A stretch of DNA of 44,532 nt, taken from Escherichia phage vB_EcoP-CC1. Where the stretch lies: the sequence record OX457022, one strand, 5' to 3'. Of the stretch, positions 28,938 through 35,774 are shown one piece after another. The notes below the pieces were generated by a model. That model was not told the DNA's origin. It ran no database searches and was given only the letters and a program-made list of their open reading frames with translations. Every line of letters starts with the position of its first letter. The stretch's first letter is position 1. The translations under genes were made by a program, and so were the position numbers.

Positions 28938-29087
28938 ATGCCGTTGATCAAATCAGTTAAGCAAAGTGCTGTACACCAGAACACAGAAGAACTTATTCAA
29001 TCAGGACGTGACCCTAAGCAGGCCTATGCCATTGCCAAGGATGTACAGCGTCGTGCCATGAAGAAACCTTCTGCATCTTCTGCGTAA
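28938..29087 (+). CDS. hypothetical small basic protein (49 aa)
   Basis: Below ORF-track cutoff; strong RBS AAGGAGG 6 nt upstream of ATG. Confidence 0.4.
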   Translation: MPLIKSVKQSAVHQNTEELIQSGRDPKQAYAIAKDVQRRAMKKPSASSA

Positions 29088-29221
29088 TCAGGTTAATATC
29101 TTAGTGTACACAAGGGCAAACCTATGATAGCTCACAGCACACCTCTGAGTGCCGCTCTGGATTCTATGAATTGTTCCCTGACTATCTAGGTTTGCTCTTA
29201 GTATATTACAAAGGAGGTCAC

Positions 29222-29377
29222 ATGATTTGGATCCACACGTATGGTGTAGGGTCATTCAAGAAGAATGTACTCAGGAAGATCCATGAGTCCGAGGAATCAG
29301 CCTTAGCCAGCCAGAAGGTACTTGGTGGTACTATCCAGTGCTACATGAAGAAGCCACAAGGTTTTGACTTAGTGTAA
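29222..29377 (+). CDS. hypothetical small protein (51 aa)
   Basis: AAAGGAGG RBS 5 nt upstream of ATG 29222 (ORF track begins 29171). Confidence 0.4.
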   Translation: MIWIHTYGVGSFKKNVLRKIHESEESALASQKVLGGTIQCYMKKPQGFDLV

Positions 29378-29430
29378 CCAAAGGTGGTCACAAAGTAACC
29401 AAAGTCAAAATTTTGATGTAGGCGTGTGTC

Positions 29431-29475
29431 AGCCCTCTCGCCCTCGCCCTCGCCGGGTTGTCCCCATAGGGTGGC
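29431..29475. other. GC-rich block in terminal region ((CCCTCG)n then CCCCATAGGG)
   Basis: Non-coding; CCCCATAGGG resembles the CCCCCATAGGGGG element recalled near the T7 left end; candidate terminal-repeat/packaging region. Confidence 0.4.
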
Positions 29476-30092
29476 CTGAGGGAATCCGTCTTCGACGGGC
29501 AGGGCTGATGTACTCCTTGTACTAGCTTAGTAGTACACAAGGGCTGGCCTTTTGTTTTGCCATGTACTAGCAAGGTGGAACGCTGGAGAGCGCCTAGGAC
29601 GGCCTAGGGATGGGCTTAGTGGTGGACAAGGTGATTGCCTTAGTGAAGCCTCTTAGTGCATTCCTGAGGCCATTCAGGGCGTTTATGAGATATTGACAGG
29701 GTGTGCGTGGGTGGGCTATCTGTTCGTTTCGTTCACTCCGCTTGCGCTACGTTCACTCGCTCACGTGTACCTTAGGTTGTTCCTTGATGGATAGCTTAGG
29801 TTAGCCTTAGTGGACTACCTTAGTTATAACCTTAGTGCTTATCTTAGTAATAGCTTAGTAATGTACCTTAGTAAGTCTTAGTGTCTTCTCTTAGTGATTG
29901 CACATGCAAGCATGTAAGATGCCATTAGGTCGCGGTCGGTAGACCGCTAAAGAAAGAGAATAGTAATAAGATGCAGTAGGAGGAACACCAGAAACCTAGC
30001 CAACCTAACCTATCCTAGCTCTGTATCTATTGCTTTTCCTTAGTCTAACATGTGAGACAACCTAGATTTATCTTAGTGATGATAGCTTAGTG

Positions 30093-30121
30093 TTGACAAG
30101 GCCATCTCAATGTAATACTAT
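30093..30121 (+). promoter_or_regulatory. candidate host sigma70 early promoter (TTGACA-17-TACTAT)
   Basis: Perfect -35, 5/6 -10, 17-nt spacer; upstream of early small ORFs. Confidence 0.45.
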
Positions 30122-30193
30122 TCATCACGTAGGCAGCACTGAGGTGCTTAGTAGCCAGCTAGTAAGGCATACGAAGAGACTAGTGCCTGCATT

Positions 30194-30209
30194 GCTCTTT
30201 AACAATTTG
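30194..30209 (+). promoter_or_regulatory. RNase-III-site-like element GCTCTTTAACAATTTG (copy 1)
   Basis: 16-mer repeated exactly at 30805; resembles recalled T7 R0.3 site GCTCTTTAACAATCTGG. Confidence 0.4.
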
Positions 30210-30263
30210 CTTAGTGTAACCTATGTATGCCGTGGTTAATTACTTATTGAATGAGGGTTAACT

Positions 30264-30359
30264 ATGAATTACGAAGAAATGTATGAAGACTACTTCAATT
30301 CACTTGATGAAGGAGAAGAAGCATTGTCCTTTGCTGAGTTTATGGAGGCTTTATCATGA
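30264..30359 (+). CDS. hypothetical early protein (31 aa, acidic)
   Basis: Short ORF with GAGGG upstream; first ORF after terminal region. Confidence 0.3.
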   Translation: MNYEEMYEDYFNSLDEGEEALSFAEFMEALS

Positions 30360-30532
30360 TTCTGAATAACCGTGAACTATCCATTCTCTTCACCTTGTTG
30401 TGCTATATGATTCGTAACAACGAATTACTTACAGACGATGAACTGGCACTATATCACCGTTTCCTTAACGAAGGTTGGGTCGATACAGTTAACCAGAAAC
30501 GTGACTTGATGAAGGAGTTAAGCAATGTTTAA
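30356..30532 (+). CDS. hypothetical early protein (58 aa)
   Basis: ATGA overlap with previous ORF; stop overlaps next ORF start. Confidence 0.35.
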   Translation: MILNNRELSILFTLLCYMIRNNELLTDDELALYHRFLNEGWVDTVNQKRDLMKELSNV

Positions 30533-30734
30533 ACATGAGATTTACACTGATTGCAGTAAATCGGCTAAAGCTATCTGCGATTTGTACAAGGCAGAATGCC
30601 AGACGTACAACCTCAACGATGGTACTGAGATGTTTTATCTTCAGTTTGAAAGCAAGTTATCTCACAAACGAGTGATTAACAGCCTGAATCAACACTCCTT
30701 GGAGTGGGAAGAAGTAAATAGCAATAAAGTTTAA
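30525..30734 (+). CDS. hypothetical early protein (69 aa)
   Basis: GAAGGAG RBS 8 nt upstream. Confidence 0.45.
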   Translation: MFKHEIYTDCSKSAKAICDLYKAECQTYNLNDGTEMFYLQFESKLSHKRVINSLNQHSLEWEEVNSNKV

Positions 30735-30743
30735 ATTAACTAT

Positions 30744-30772
30744 TGACAGCCACGGCATACAAGGTTACATTA
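30744..30772 (+). promoter_or_regulatory. candidate host sigma70 promoter (TTGACA-17-TACATT) upstream of ocr
   Basis: Perfect -35, 4/6 -10. Confidence 0.4.
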
Positions 30773-30804
30773 AGCATCAAGACGGCGACGTCTTTAAACA
30801 TCCC

Positions 30805-30820
30805 GCTCTTTAACAATTTG
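30805..30820 (+). promoter_or_regulatory. RNase-III-site-like element GCTCTTTAACAATTTG (copy 2)
   Basis: Exact repeat of 30194-30209, 94 nt upstream of ocr ATG, same relative position as R0.3 in T7. Confidence 0.45.
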
Positions 30821-30913
30821 GATGGTAGCTTCTTAGTCTGGATAGGTTAAACCTAGGGGATTCTCTTGAGTCTCCTATAATGTAACCTAACTAACTAAAT
30901 GAGGATTAATAAC

Positions 30914-31273
30914 ATGACTATGTCTAATATGACTTACTCTCAGGTTTACAACACCGCTCATGCTGCATTAGTTGAACGTATCTGGAATGATGCTATTGAT
31001 TGTATCGATAACGCACATGATGCAATCCATGAGGTAGCGGACAGTGCTGTACCAATCTATTATGCTGACATCTTCTCAGTGATGGCGAGTGAAGGTATTG
31101 ATCACTTCTTCGAAGACTCCGGCCTGATGCCAGATACTAAGGATGTAACGGTCGTACTACAAGCCCGTATTTATGAACAACTCACCATTGATTTATGGGA
31201 ACGTGTTCAAGATATGATTGTTGCGTACACCAATTACGCTGAGGATTCAGAAGAAGAAGAAGAGGAAGAATAA
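30914..31273 (+). CDS. ocr: Ocr (T7 gene 0.3-like DNA-mimic anti-restriction protein)
   Basis: MTMSNMTY...[42 protein letters not shown]...[14 protein letters not shown] plus poly-Glu tail matches recalled T7 Ocr nearly residue for residue; GAGGA RBS. Confidence 0.85.
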   Translation: MTMSNMTYSQVYNTAHAALVERIWNDAIDCIDNAHDAIHEVADSAVPIYYADIFSVMASEGIDHFFEDSGLMPDTKDVTVVLQARIYEQLTIDLWERVQDMIVAYTNYAEDSEEEEEEE

Positions 31274-31275
31274 GG

Positions 31276-31389
31276 ATGGAAAAGCAATATAACTTTATCT
31301 TTTCAGACGGTGTGACCCTGAAGTGTTCCCTGCGTTTCGCACAGATTCGCGAGGAAGTGCTAGGAACTACATACAAACTATTTAGCTGA
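31276..31389 (+). CDS. hypothetical small protein (37 aa)
   Basis: Short ORF right after ocr; its 3' end contains promoter-like sequence at 31380. Confidence 0.25.
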   Translation: MEKQYNFIFSDGVTLKCSLRFAQIREEVLGTTYKLFS

Positions 31390-31401
31390 CACTATAAGAG
31401 A
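31380..31401 (+). promoter_or_regulatory. variant phage promoter-like sequence (ATTTAGCTGACACTATAAGAG)
   Basis: 16/17 match to SP6-type -17 to -1 but A at +1; upstream of RNAP gene. Confidence 0.4.
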
Positions 31402-31462
31402 GGGTTTAACAGGGCGCTCTTGCGAGAGTGCCCGATTAAATCAACTTAACGAGATATTAAAT

Positions 31463-31639
31463 ATGAAATACATACTGATTGCTATGTTTTCTGGCTTCAT
31501 TGGCTATGCTGGTGCTTCTTATGACAACTACAGAAGTAAGCAATTGGCTGCTGAAAAGTGGGATAAAACCTATTTTGCTTGTATGAAACAAGGTAATTTG
31601 ATGCAAGATTGCATACTTAAAGCGCACAGCGAAGAGTGA
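31463..31639 (+). CDS. hypothetical small membrane protein (58 aa)
   Basis: Below ORF-track cutoff; N-terminal hydrophobic segment ILIAMFSGFIGYAGA; weak RBS. Confidence 0.35.
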   Translation: MKYILIAMFSGFIGYAGASYDNYRSKQLAAEKWDKTYFACMKQGNLMQDCILKAHSEE

Positions 31640-31703
31640 TGAGCCTATAGCCTACTTAAGTGGGCTATGTGAACACCATTCATTAACTCAAAAGGTGACT
31701 ATT

Positions 31704-32627
31704 ATGACTACTGAAAACACCCTCCTGTCTGTTCGTGAAGCTGCAACCGCTGAGATCAAGCAACACTTAGACAATATCGGCACTTCTTACATCAAAGTTG
31801 GCGCTTGTCTTAATGAGTTACGCGGTGACTTTGAAGGTCAAAAAGACTTTTTGGCTTATGTAGAATCAGAATTTGGAATCAAGAAAGCACAATGTTACAA
31901 GCTGATGAGTGTAGCCCGTGTCTTTGAAGGCGATGATCGCTTTAAAGGCGTGGCGATGCGTGTAATGCTGGCACTTGTTCCTTTCGCTGATGAAAATATC
32001 ATCATGGAGAAAGCCGCAGAACTTGCCGCAGCGGGCAAGCTGGACACTAATGCCGTAAATGCCCTGATTGATCCTAAGAAAGAGACAAAGGCCGAGACGG
32101 TACAATCTAAGGCTGAGGCGGTAAAACCGCAGGAGAATGCGACTGAGGCCGCAGAAACTATGCAAGGACATGCGACCTTTGAGGATTTCATCTTAGAGAA
32201 GGCGAAAGAGGAATTACAAAGTGTGCCGCCAGTAAGTGAGTCGGGTAACGACGAATCCGCACCGTGGGAAGATGAAAGCAAGCCGGAAGCGCCAAAGGCC
32301 GCGCCACTGGATAACACGGCTAACACGGAGAACGCCGCTATGTCTGGCCTACTGGCACAAATTAAGGCACTGACTGAGCAATTACAGGCAGCTAACGACC
32401 GCATCGCCGCCCTAACCAGTGCACGGGAAGGTAAGAAAGCGGCTGCGCCTATGCTTCCGCAGTTTAAATCCTCTTGCTTCTACGCTCGCTTAGGCTTGAG
32501 CGCCGAGGAAGCAACGAAGAAAACAGCAGTGAATAAGGCACGCCGTGAACTGGTTAAACTAGGGTATGGTGAAGGTCATGAGGCATGGCCTTTGATCTCT
32601 GAGGCAGTAGAAGAATTAACTAAGTAA
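31704..32627 (+). CDS. hypothetical early protein (307 aa), Ala/Glu/Lys-rich C-terminal half
   Basis: ATG 31704 with AAAGG upstream (ORF track start is GTG 31695); occupies slot between ocr and RNAP; no kinase motifs recognised. Confidence 0.6.
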   Translation: MTTENTLLSVREAATAEIKQHLDNIGTSYIKVGACLNELRGDFEGQKDFLAYVESEFGIKKAQCYKLMSVARVFEGDDRFKGVAMRVMLALVPFADENIIMEKAAELAAAGKLDTNAVNALIDPKKETKAETVQSKAEAVKPQENATEAAETMQGHATFEDFILEKAKEELQSVPPVSESGNDESAPWEDESKPEAPKAAPLDNTANTENAAMSGLLAQIKALTEQLQAANDRIAALTSAREGKKAAAPMLPQFKSSCFYARLGLSAEEATKKTAVNKARRELVKLGYGEGHEAWPLISEAVEELTK

Positions 32628-32690
32628 CCTTATCGGTGGCATCTTCTTAGGTGTCACCTATTAAGGTTTCTTTCACTAGGAGTAAACAAG

Positions 32691-35318
32691 ATGCAAGATC
32701 TACACGCTATTCAGCTTCAGCTTGAGGAAGAAATGTTTAACGGCGGTATTCGTCGCTTTGAAGCAGACCAACAACGCCAGATTGCATCAGGTAATGAATC
32801 CGATACGGCATGGAATCGTCGCCTGTTGTCGGAGCTTATCGCACCTATGGCGGAAGGTATTCAGGCTTATAAGGAAGCCTACGAAGGAAAGAAAGGACGC
32901 GCACCGCGTGCACTGGCCTTCATTAACTGCGTAGAGAACGAAGTGGCAGCATATATCACGATGAAGATCGTAATGGATATGCTTAACACAGATGTAACCT
33001 TGCAAGCCATAGCAATGAATGTAGCTGATCGCATCGAAGATCAAGTACGCTTCAGCAAGCTGGAAGGCCACGCCGCCAAATACTTTGAAAAAGTTAAGAA
33101 GTCACTCAAGGCAAGTAAGACTAAATCATATCGCCATGCGCACAACGTAGCGGTAGTGGCTGAGAAGTCAGTAGCTGACCGTGACACTGATTTCTCCCGC
33201 TGGGAGGCGTGGCCTAAAGATACCTTACTGCAAATCGGTATGACCTTGCTAGAAATACTGGAGAATAGCGTATTCTTCAATGGTCAACCTGTCTTCCTCC
33301 GCACCTTGCGCACTAATGGTGGCAAGCATGGTGTTTACTACTTACAGACCAGTGAGCACGTAGGGGAGTGGGTTACAGCATTTAAAGAACATGTAGCGCA
33401 ACTTAGTCCGGCCTATGCACCTTGCGTCATTCCTCCGCGCCCTTGGGTGTCCCCTTTTAATGGTGGGTTTCATACTGAGAAGGTGGCAAGTCGCATCCGT
33501 TTGGTAAAAGGCAACCGTGAGCACGTCCGTAAGCTGACCAAAAAGCAAATGCCAGCAGTTTATAAGGCTGTTAATGCTTTACAGGCCACTAAGTGGCAAG
33601 TTAACAAAGAAGTTTTGCAGGTAGTAGAAGACGTTATCCGTCTCGACCTTGGTTATGGTGTACCTTCCTTTAAACCACTCATCGACCGCGAGAACAAGCC
33701 GGCTAACCCAGTGCCGTTAGAATTTCAACACTTGCGAGGCCGCGAACTGAAGGAAATGTTAACGCCGGAACAATGGCAAGCCTTCATCAACTGGAAAGGT
33801 GAATGCACCAAGCTGTATACCGCTGAGACTAAGCGCGGAAGTAAGTCGGCGGCAACCGTTCGCATGGTAGGACAAGCGCGCAAATACAGCCAGTTTGATG
33901 CGATTTATTTCGTGTATGCACTGGATAGCCGCTCACGCGTTTATGCGCAATCTAGCACACTCTCACCGCAATCAAACGACCTAGGCAAGGCGTTACTGCG
34001 TTTTACCGAAGGGCAGCCGCTAAATAGCTCTGAGGCGCTTAAATGGTTTTTGGTGAACGGGGCGAATAACTGGGGTTGGGATAAGAAGACTTTCGACGTG
34101 CGCACCGCTAACGTACTGGACGGCGAGTTTCAAGATATGTGCCGCGACATTGCAGCGGATCCTCTGACCTTTACTCAATGGGTAAATGCCGATTCACCTT
34201 ATGGATTCCTTGCATGGTGCTTTGAGTATGCTCGTTATTTGGATGCACTGGATGAAGGAACACAAGATCAGTTTGTGACGCATTTACCTGTTCATCAAGA
34301 TGGTAGCTGTTCTGGCATCCAGCACTACAGTGCTATGCTACGCGACGAAGTGGGTGCGAAGGCGGTAAACCTTAAACCATCCGACTCGCCTCAAGATATT
34401 TATGGAGCGGTTGCGCAGGTTGTTATCCAGAAGAACTACGCCTACATGAATGCAGATGATACAGAAACTTTCACATCTGGAAGCGTAACACTTACAGGTG
34501 CAGAACTGCGCAGCATGGCTAACGCGTGGGATATGATTGGGATCACTCGCGGCTTAACCAAAAAGCCAGTAATGACCTTGCCATACGGCTCCACCCGCTT
34601 AACCTGCCGTGAATCGGTGATTGATTATATCGTTGATTTGGAAGAAAAAGAGGCGCAGAGAGCTGTTGCCGAAGGGCGGACGGCTAATCCTGTGCACCCT
34701 TTTGATAATGACCGTAAAGACTATCTGACACCTGGTGCAGCTTACAACTATATGACCGCTTTAATTTGGCCTTCTATCTCTGAGGTTGTTAAAGCGCCTA
34801 TAGTGGCGATGAAAATGATTCGCCAGCTTGCACGATTCGCAGCTAAAAGAAACGAAGGGTTAGAGTACACCTTACCCACTGGTTTCATCTTGCAGCAAAA
34901 GATAATGGCTACCGACATGCTACGCGTATCCACTTGCTTGATGGGTGAAATCAAGATGAGTCTACAGATTGAGACTGATGTAGTGGATGAAACGGCAATG
35001 ATGGGCGCTGCCGCTCCTAACTTTGTTCACGGTCATGATGCGAGTCACCTTATTCTGACTGTATGTGACCTAGTTGACAAAGGTATTACATCAATTGCAG
35101 TTATTCATGACTCTTTCGGAACTCATGCAGGCCGTACATCAGATCTTCGTGATAGCTTAAGGGCAGAAATGGTTAAGATGTATCAAGGGCGTAACGCCTT
35201 GCAGCAATTGCTGGATGAGCATGAAGAACGTTGGTTGGTGGACACTGGCATTCAAGTGCCGGAACAAGGGGAGTTTAACCTTGAAGAGATATTAGTTTCT
35301 GACTATTGTTTTGCATAA
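32691..35318 (+). CDS. single-subunit DNA-directed RNA polymerase (SP6-type)
   Basis: 875 aa; N-terminus [32 protein letters not shown] and C-terminus ending DYCFA agree with recalled SP6 RNAP; AGGAG RBS. Confidence 0.95.
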   Translation: MQDLHAIQLQLEEEMFNGGIRRFEADQQRQIASGNESDTAWNRRLLSELIAPMAEGIQAYKEAYEGKKGRAPRALAFINCVENEVAAYITMKIVMDMLNTDVTLQAIAMNVADRIEDQVRFSKLEGHAAKYFEKVKKSLKASKTKSYRHAHNVAVVAEKSVADRDTDFSRWEAWPKDTLLQIGMTLLEILENSVFFNGQPVFLRTLRTNGGKHGVYYLQTSEHVGEWVTAFKEHVAQLSPAYAPCVIPPRPWVSPFNGGFHTEKVASRIRLVKGNREHVRKLTKKQMPAVYKAVNALQATKWQVNKEVLQVVEDVIRLDLGYGVPSFKPLIDRENKPANPVPLEFQHLRGRELKEMLTPEQWQAFINWKGECTKLYTAETKRGSKSAATVRMVGQARKYSQFDAIYFVYALDSRSRVYAQSSTLSPQSNDLGKALLRFTEGQPLNSSEALKWFLVNGANNWGWDKKTFDVRTANVLDGEFQDMCRDIAADPLTFTQWVNADSPYGFLAWCFEYARYLDALDEGTQDQFVTHLPVHQDGSCSGIQHYSAMLRDEVGAKAVNLKPSDSPQDIYGAVAQVVIQKNYAYMNADDTETFTSGSVTLTGAELRSMANAWDMIGITRGLTKKPVMTLPYGSTRLTCRESVIDYIVDLEEKEAQRAVAEGRTANPVHPFDNDRKDYLTPGAAYNYMTALIWPSISEVVKAPIVAMKMIRQLARFAAKRNEGLEYTLPTGFILQQKIMATDMLRVSTCLMGEIKMSLQIETDVVDETAMMGAAAPNFVHGHDASHLILTVCDLVDKGITSIAVIHDSFGTHAGRTSDLRDSLRAEMVKMYQGRNALQQLLDEHEERWLVDTGIQVPEQGEFNLEEILVSDYCFA

Positions 35319-35325
35319 TATTGAT

Positions 35326-35357
35326 AGGCCATTCCTTAGGGAGTGGCCTTTTCTTTT
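35326..35357 (+). terminator. intrinsic (rho-independent-type) terminator after RNAP gene
   Basis: Stem AGGCCATTCC/GGAGTGGCCT (one G-U), loop TTAG, then TTTTCTTTT; candidate early terminator. Confidence 0.7.
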
Positions 35358-35391
35358 ACCTATTACCTGTAACATTTAATTAACATAACCG

Positions 35392-35409
35392 TGTCTCACG
35401 CGTGAGACT
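35392..35409. repeat. palindrome family member TGTCTCAC-GC-GTGAGACT
   Basis: Perfect 16-bp palindrome GTCTCACGCGTGAGAC; 2 nt upstream of promoter at 35411. Confidence 0.85.
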
Positions 35410-35410
35410 T

Positions 35411-35432
35411 ATTTACCGGACACTATAGGATA
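35411..35432 (+). promoter_or_regulatory. phage RNAP promoter class I (ATTTACCGGACACTATAGGAT), +1 G at 35428
   Basis: Family consensus with C at -11. Confidence 0.8.
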
Positions 35433-35463
35433 ACCGTCGGAGACGGAAAGAGAAGGGAAGATA

Positions 35464-35513
35464 AGGATATAAAGGAAGTAATAGGTATTAAAGGTTGTAT
35501 AGGTTTACCTAGG
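35464..35513. repeat. periodic AGG array (AGG at 35464, 35473, 35483, 35492, 35501, 35511)
   Basis: Six AT-rich (T)A(A)AGG units at 9-10 bp period between two promoters downstream of RNAP gene; candidate replication origin. Confidence 0.8.
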
Positions 35514-35572
35514 AATACTTATTACCTTCTTCCTTCCTCTTCTTACTACCTAGAGGAAGGGCAGACCTAGGT

Positions 35573-35590
35573 TGTCTCACATGTGAGACT
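35573..35590. repeat. palindrome family member TGTCTCAC-AT-GTGAGACT
   Basis: 4 nt upstream of promoter-like sequence at 35595. Confidence 0.85.
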
Positions 35591-35594
35591 TCGT

Positions 35595-35616
35595 ATTTAC
35601 CGGACAGTATAGATAA
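35595..35616 (+). promoter_or_regulatory. variant phage promoter (ATTTACCGGACAGTATAGATAAG), +1 G at 35612
   Basis: C to G change at -5 relative to family consensus; directly upstream of gp1.1-like gene. Confidence 0.45.
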
Positions 35617-35642
35617 GACTAACTTACTTTGGAGATTTAACC

Positions 35643-35771
35643 ATGCGTAACTTTGAGAAGATGACCCGTAAAGCTAACCGTTTTGACATGGAAGAAGGGC
35701 AGACGAGAGGCAAGAAGCTGAATAAACCTGTCCGTGACCGTGCATCTAAACGAGCAGCGTGGGAGTCCTAA
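35643..35771 (+). CDS. T7 gp1.1-like small basic protein
   Basis: 42 aa MRNFEKMTRKANRF...GKKLNKPVRDRASKRAAWES matches recalled T7 gene 1.1 MRNFEKMTKRSNRN...GRKLNKTKRDRSHKRSWEGQ; GGAGA RBS. Confidence 0.6.
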   Translation: MRNFEKMTRKANRFDMEEGQTRGKKLNKPVRDRASKRAAWES

Positions 35772-35774
35772 GTT

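Larger units (their letters stand above)
29615..30215. repeat. array of about 20 dispersed (C)CTTAGT hexamer/heptamer repeats
   Basis: Irregular 11-13 bp spacing, densest 29795-29895; analogous in position to T7 end-proximal CCTAAAG repeats. Confidence 0.8.

Noticed and set aside
29694-29722. Third sigma70 promoter candidate (TTGACA-17-TATCTG)
   Set aside because: The -10 matches only 3/6 and the site sits in the GC-rich terminal block; too weak to call.
29615-30215. Short direct repeats considered as a CRISPR array
   Set aside because: Repeat unit is only 6-7 nt with irregular spacing and no spacer-repeat periodicity; fits T7-style end-proximal repeats instead.
31895-32404. 169-aa minus-strand ORF
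   Set aside because: Lies entirely antisense within the 307-aa early gene; Ala/Ser-rich translation typical of a mirror-frame artefact.
31704-32627. Calling the 307-aa early protein a T7 gp0.7-like protein kinase
   Set aside because: Only the genomic position matches; no kinase-like motifs recognised, so left as hypothetical.
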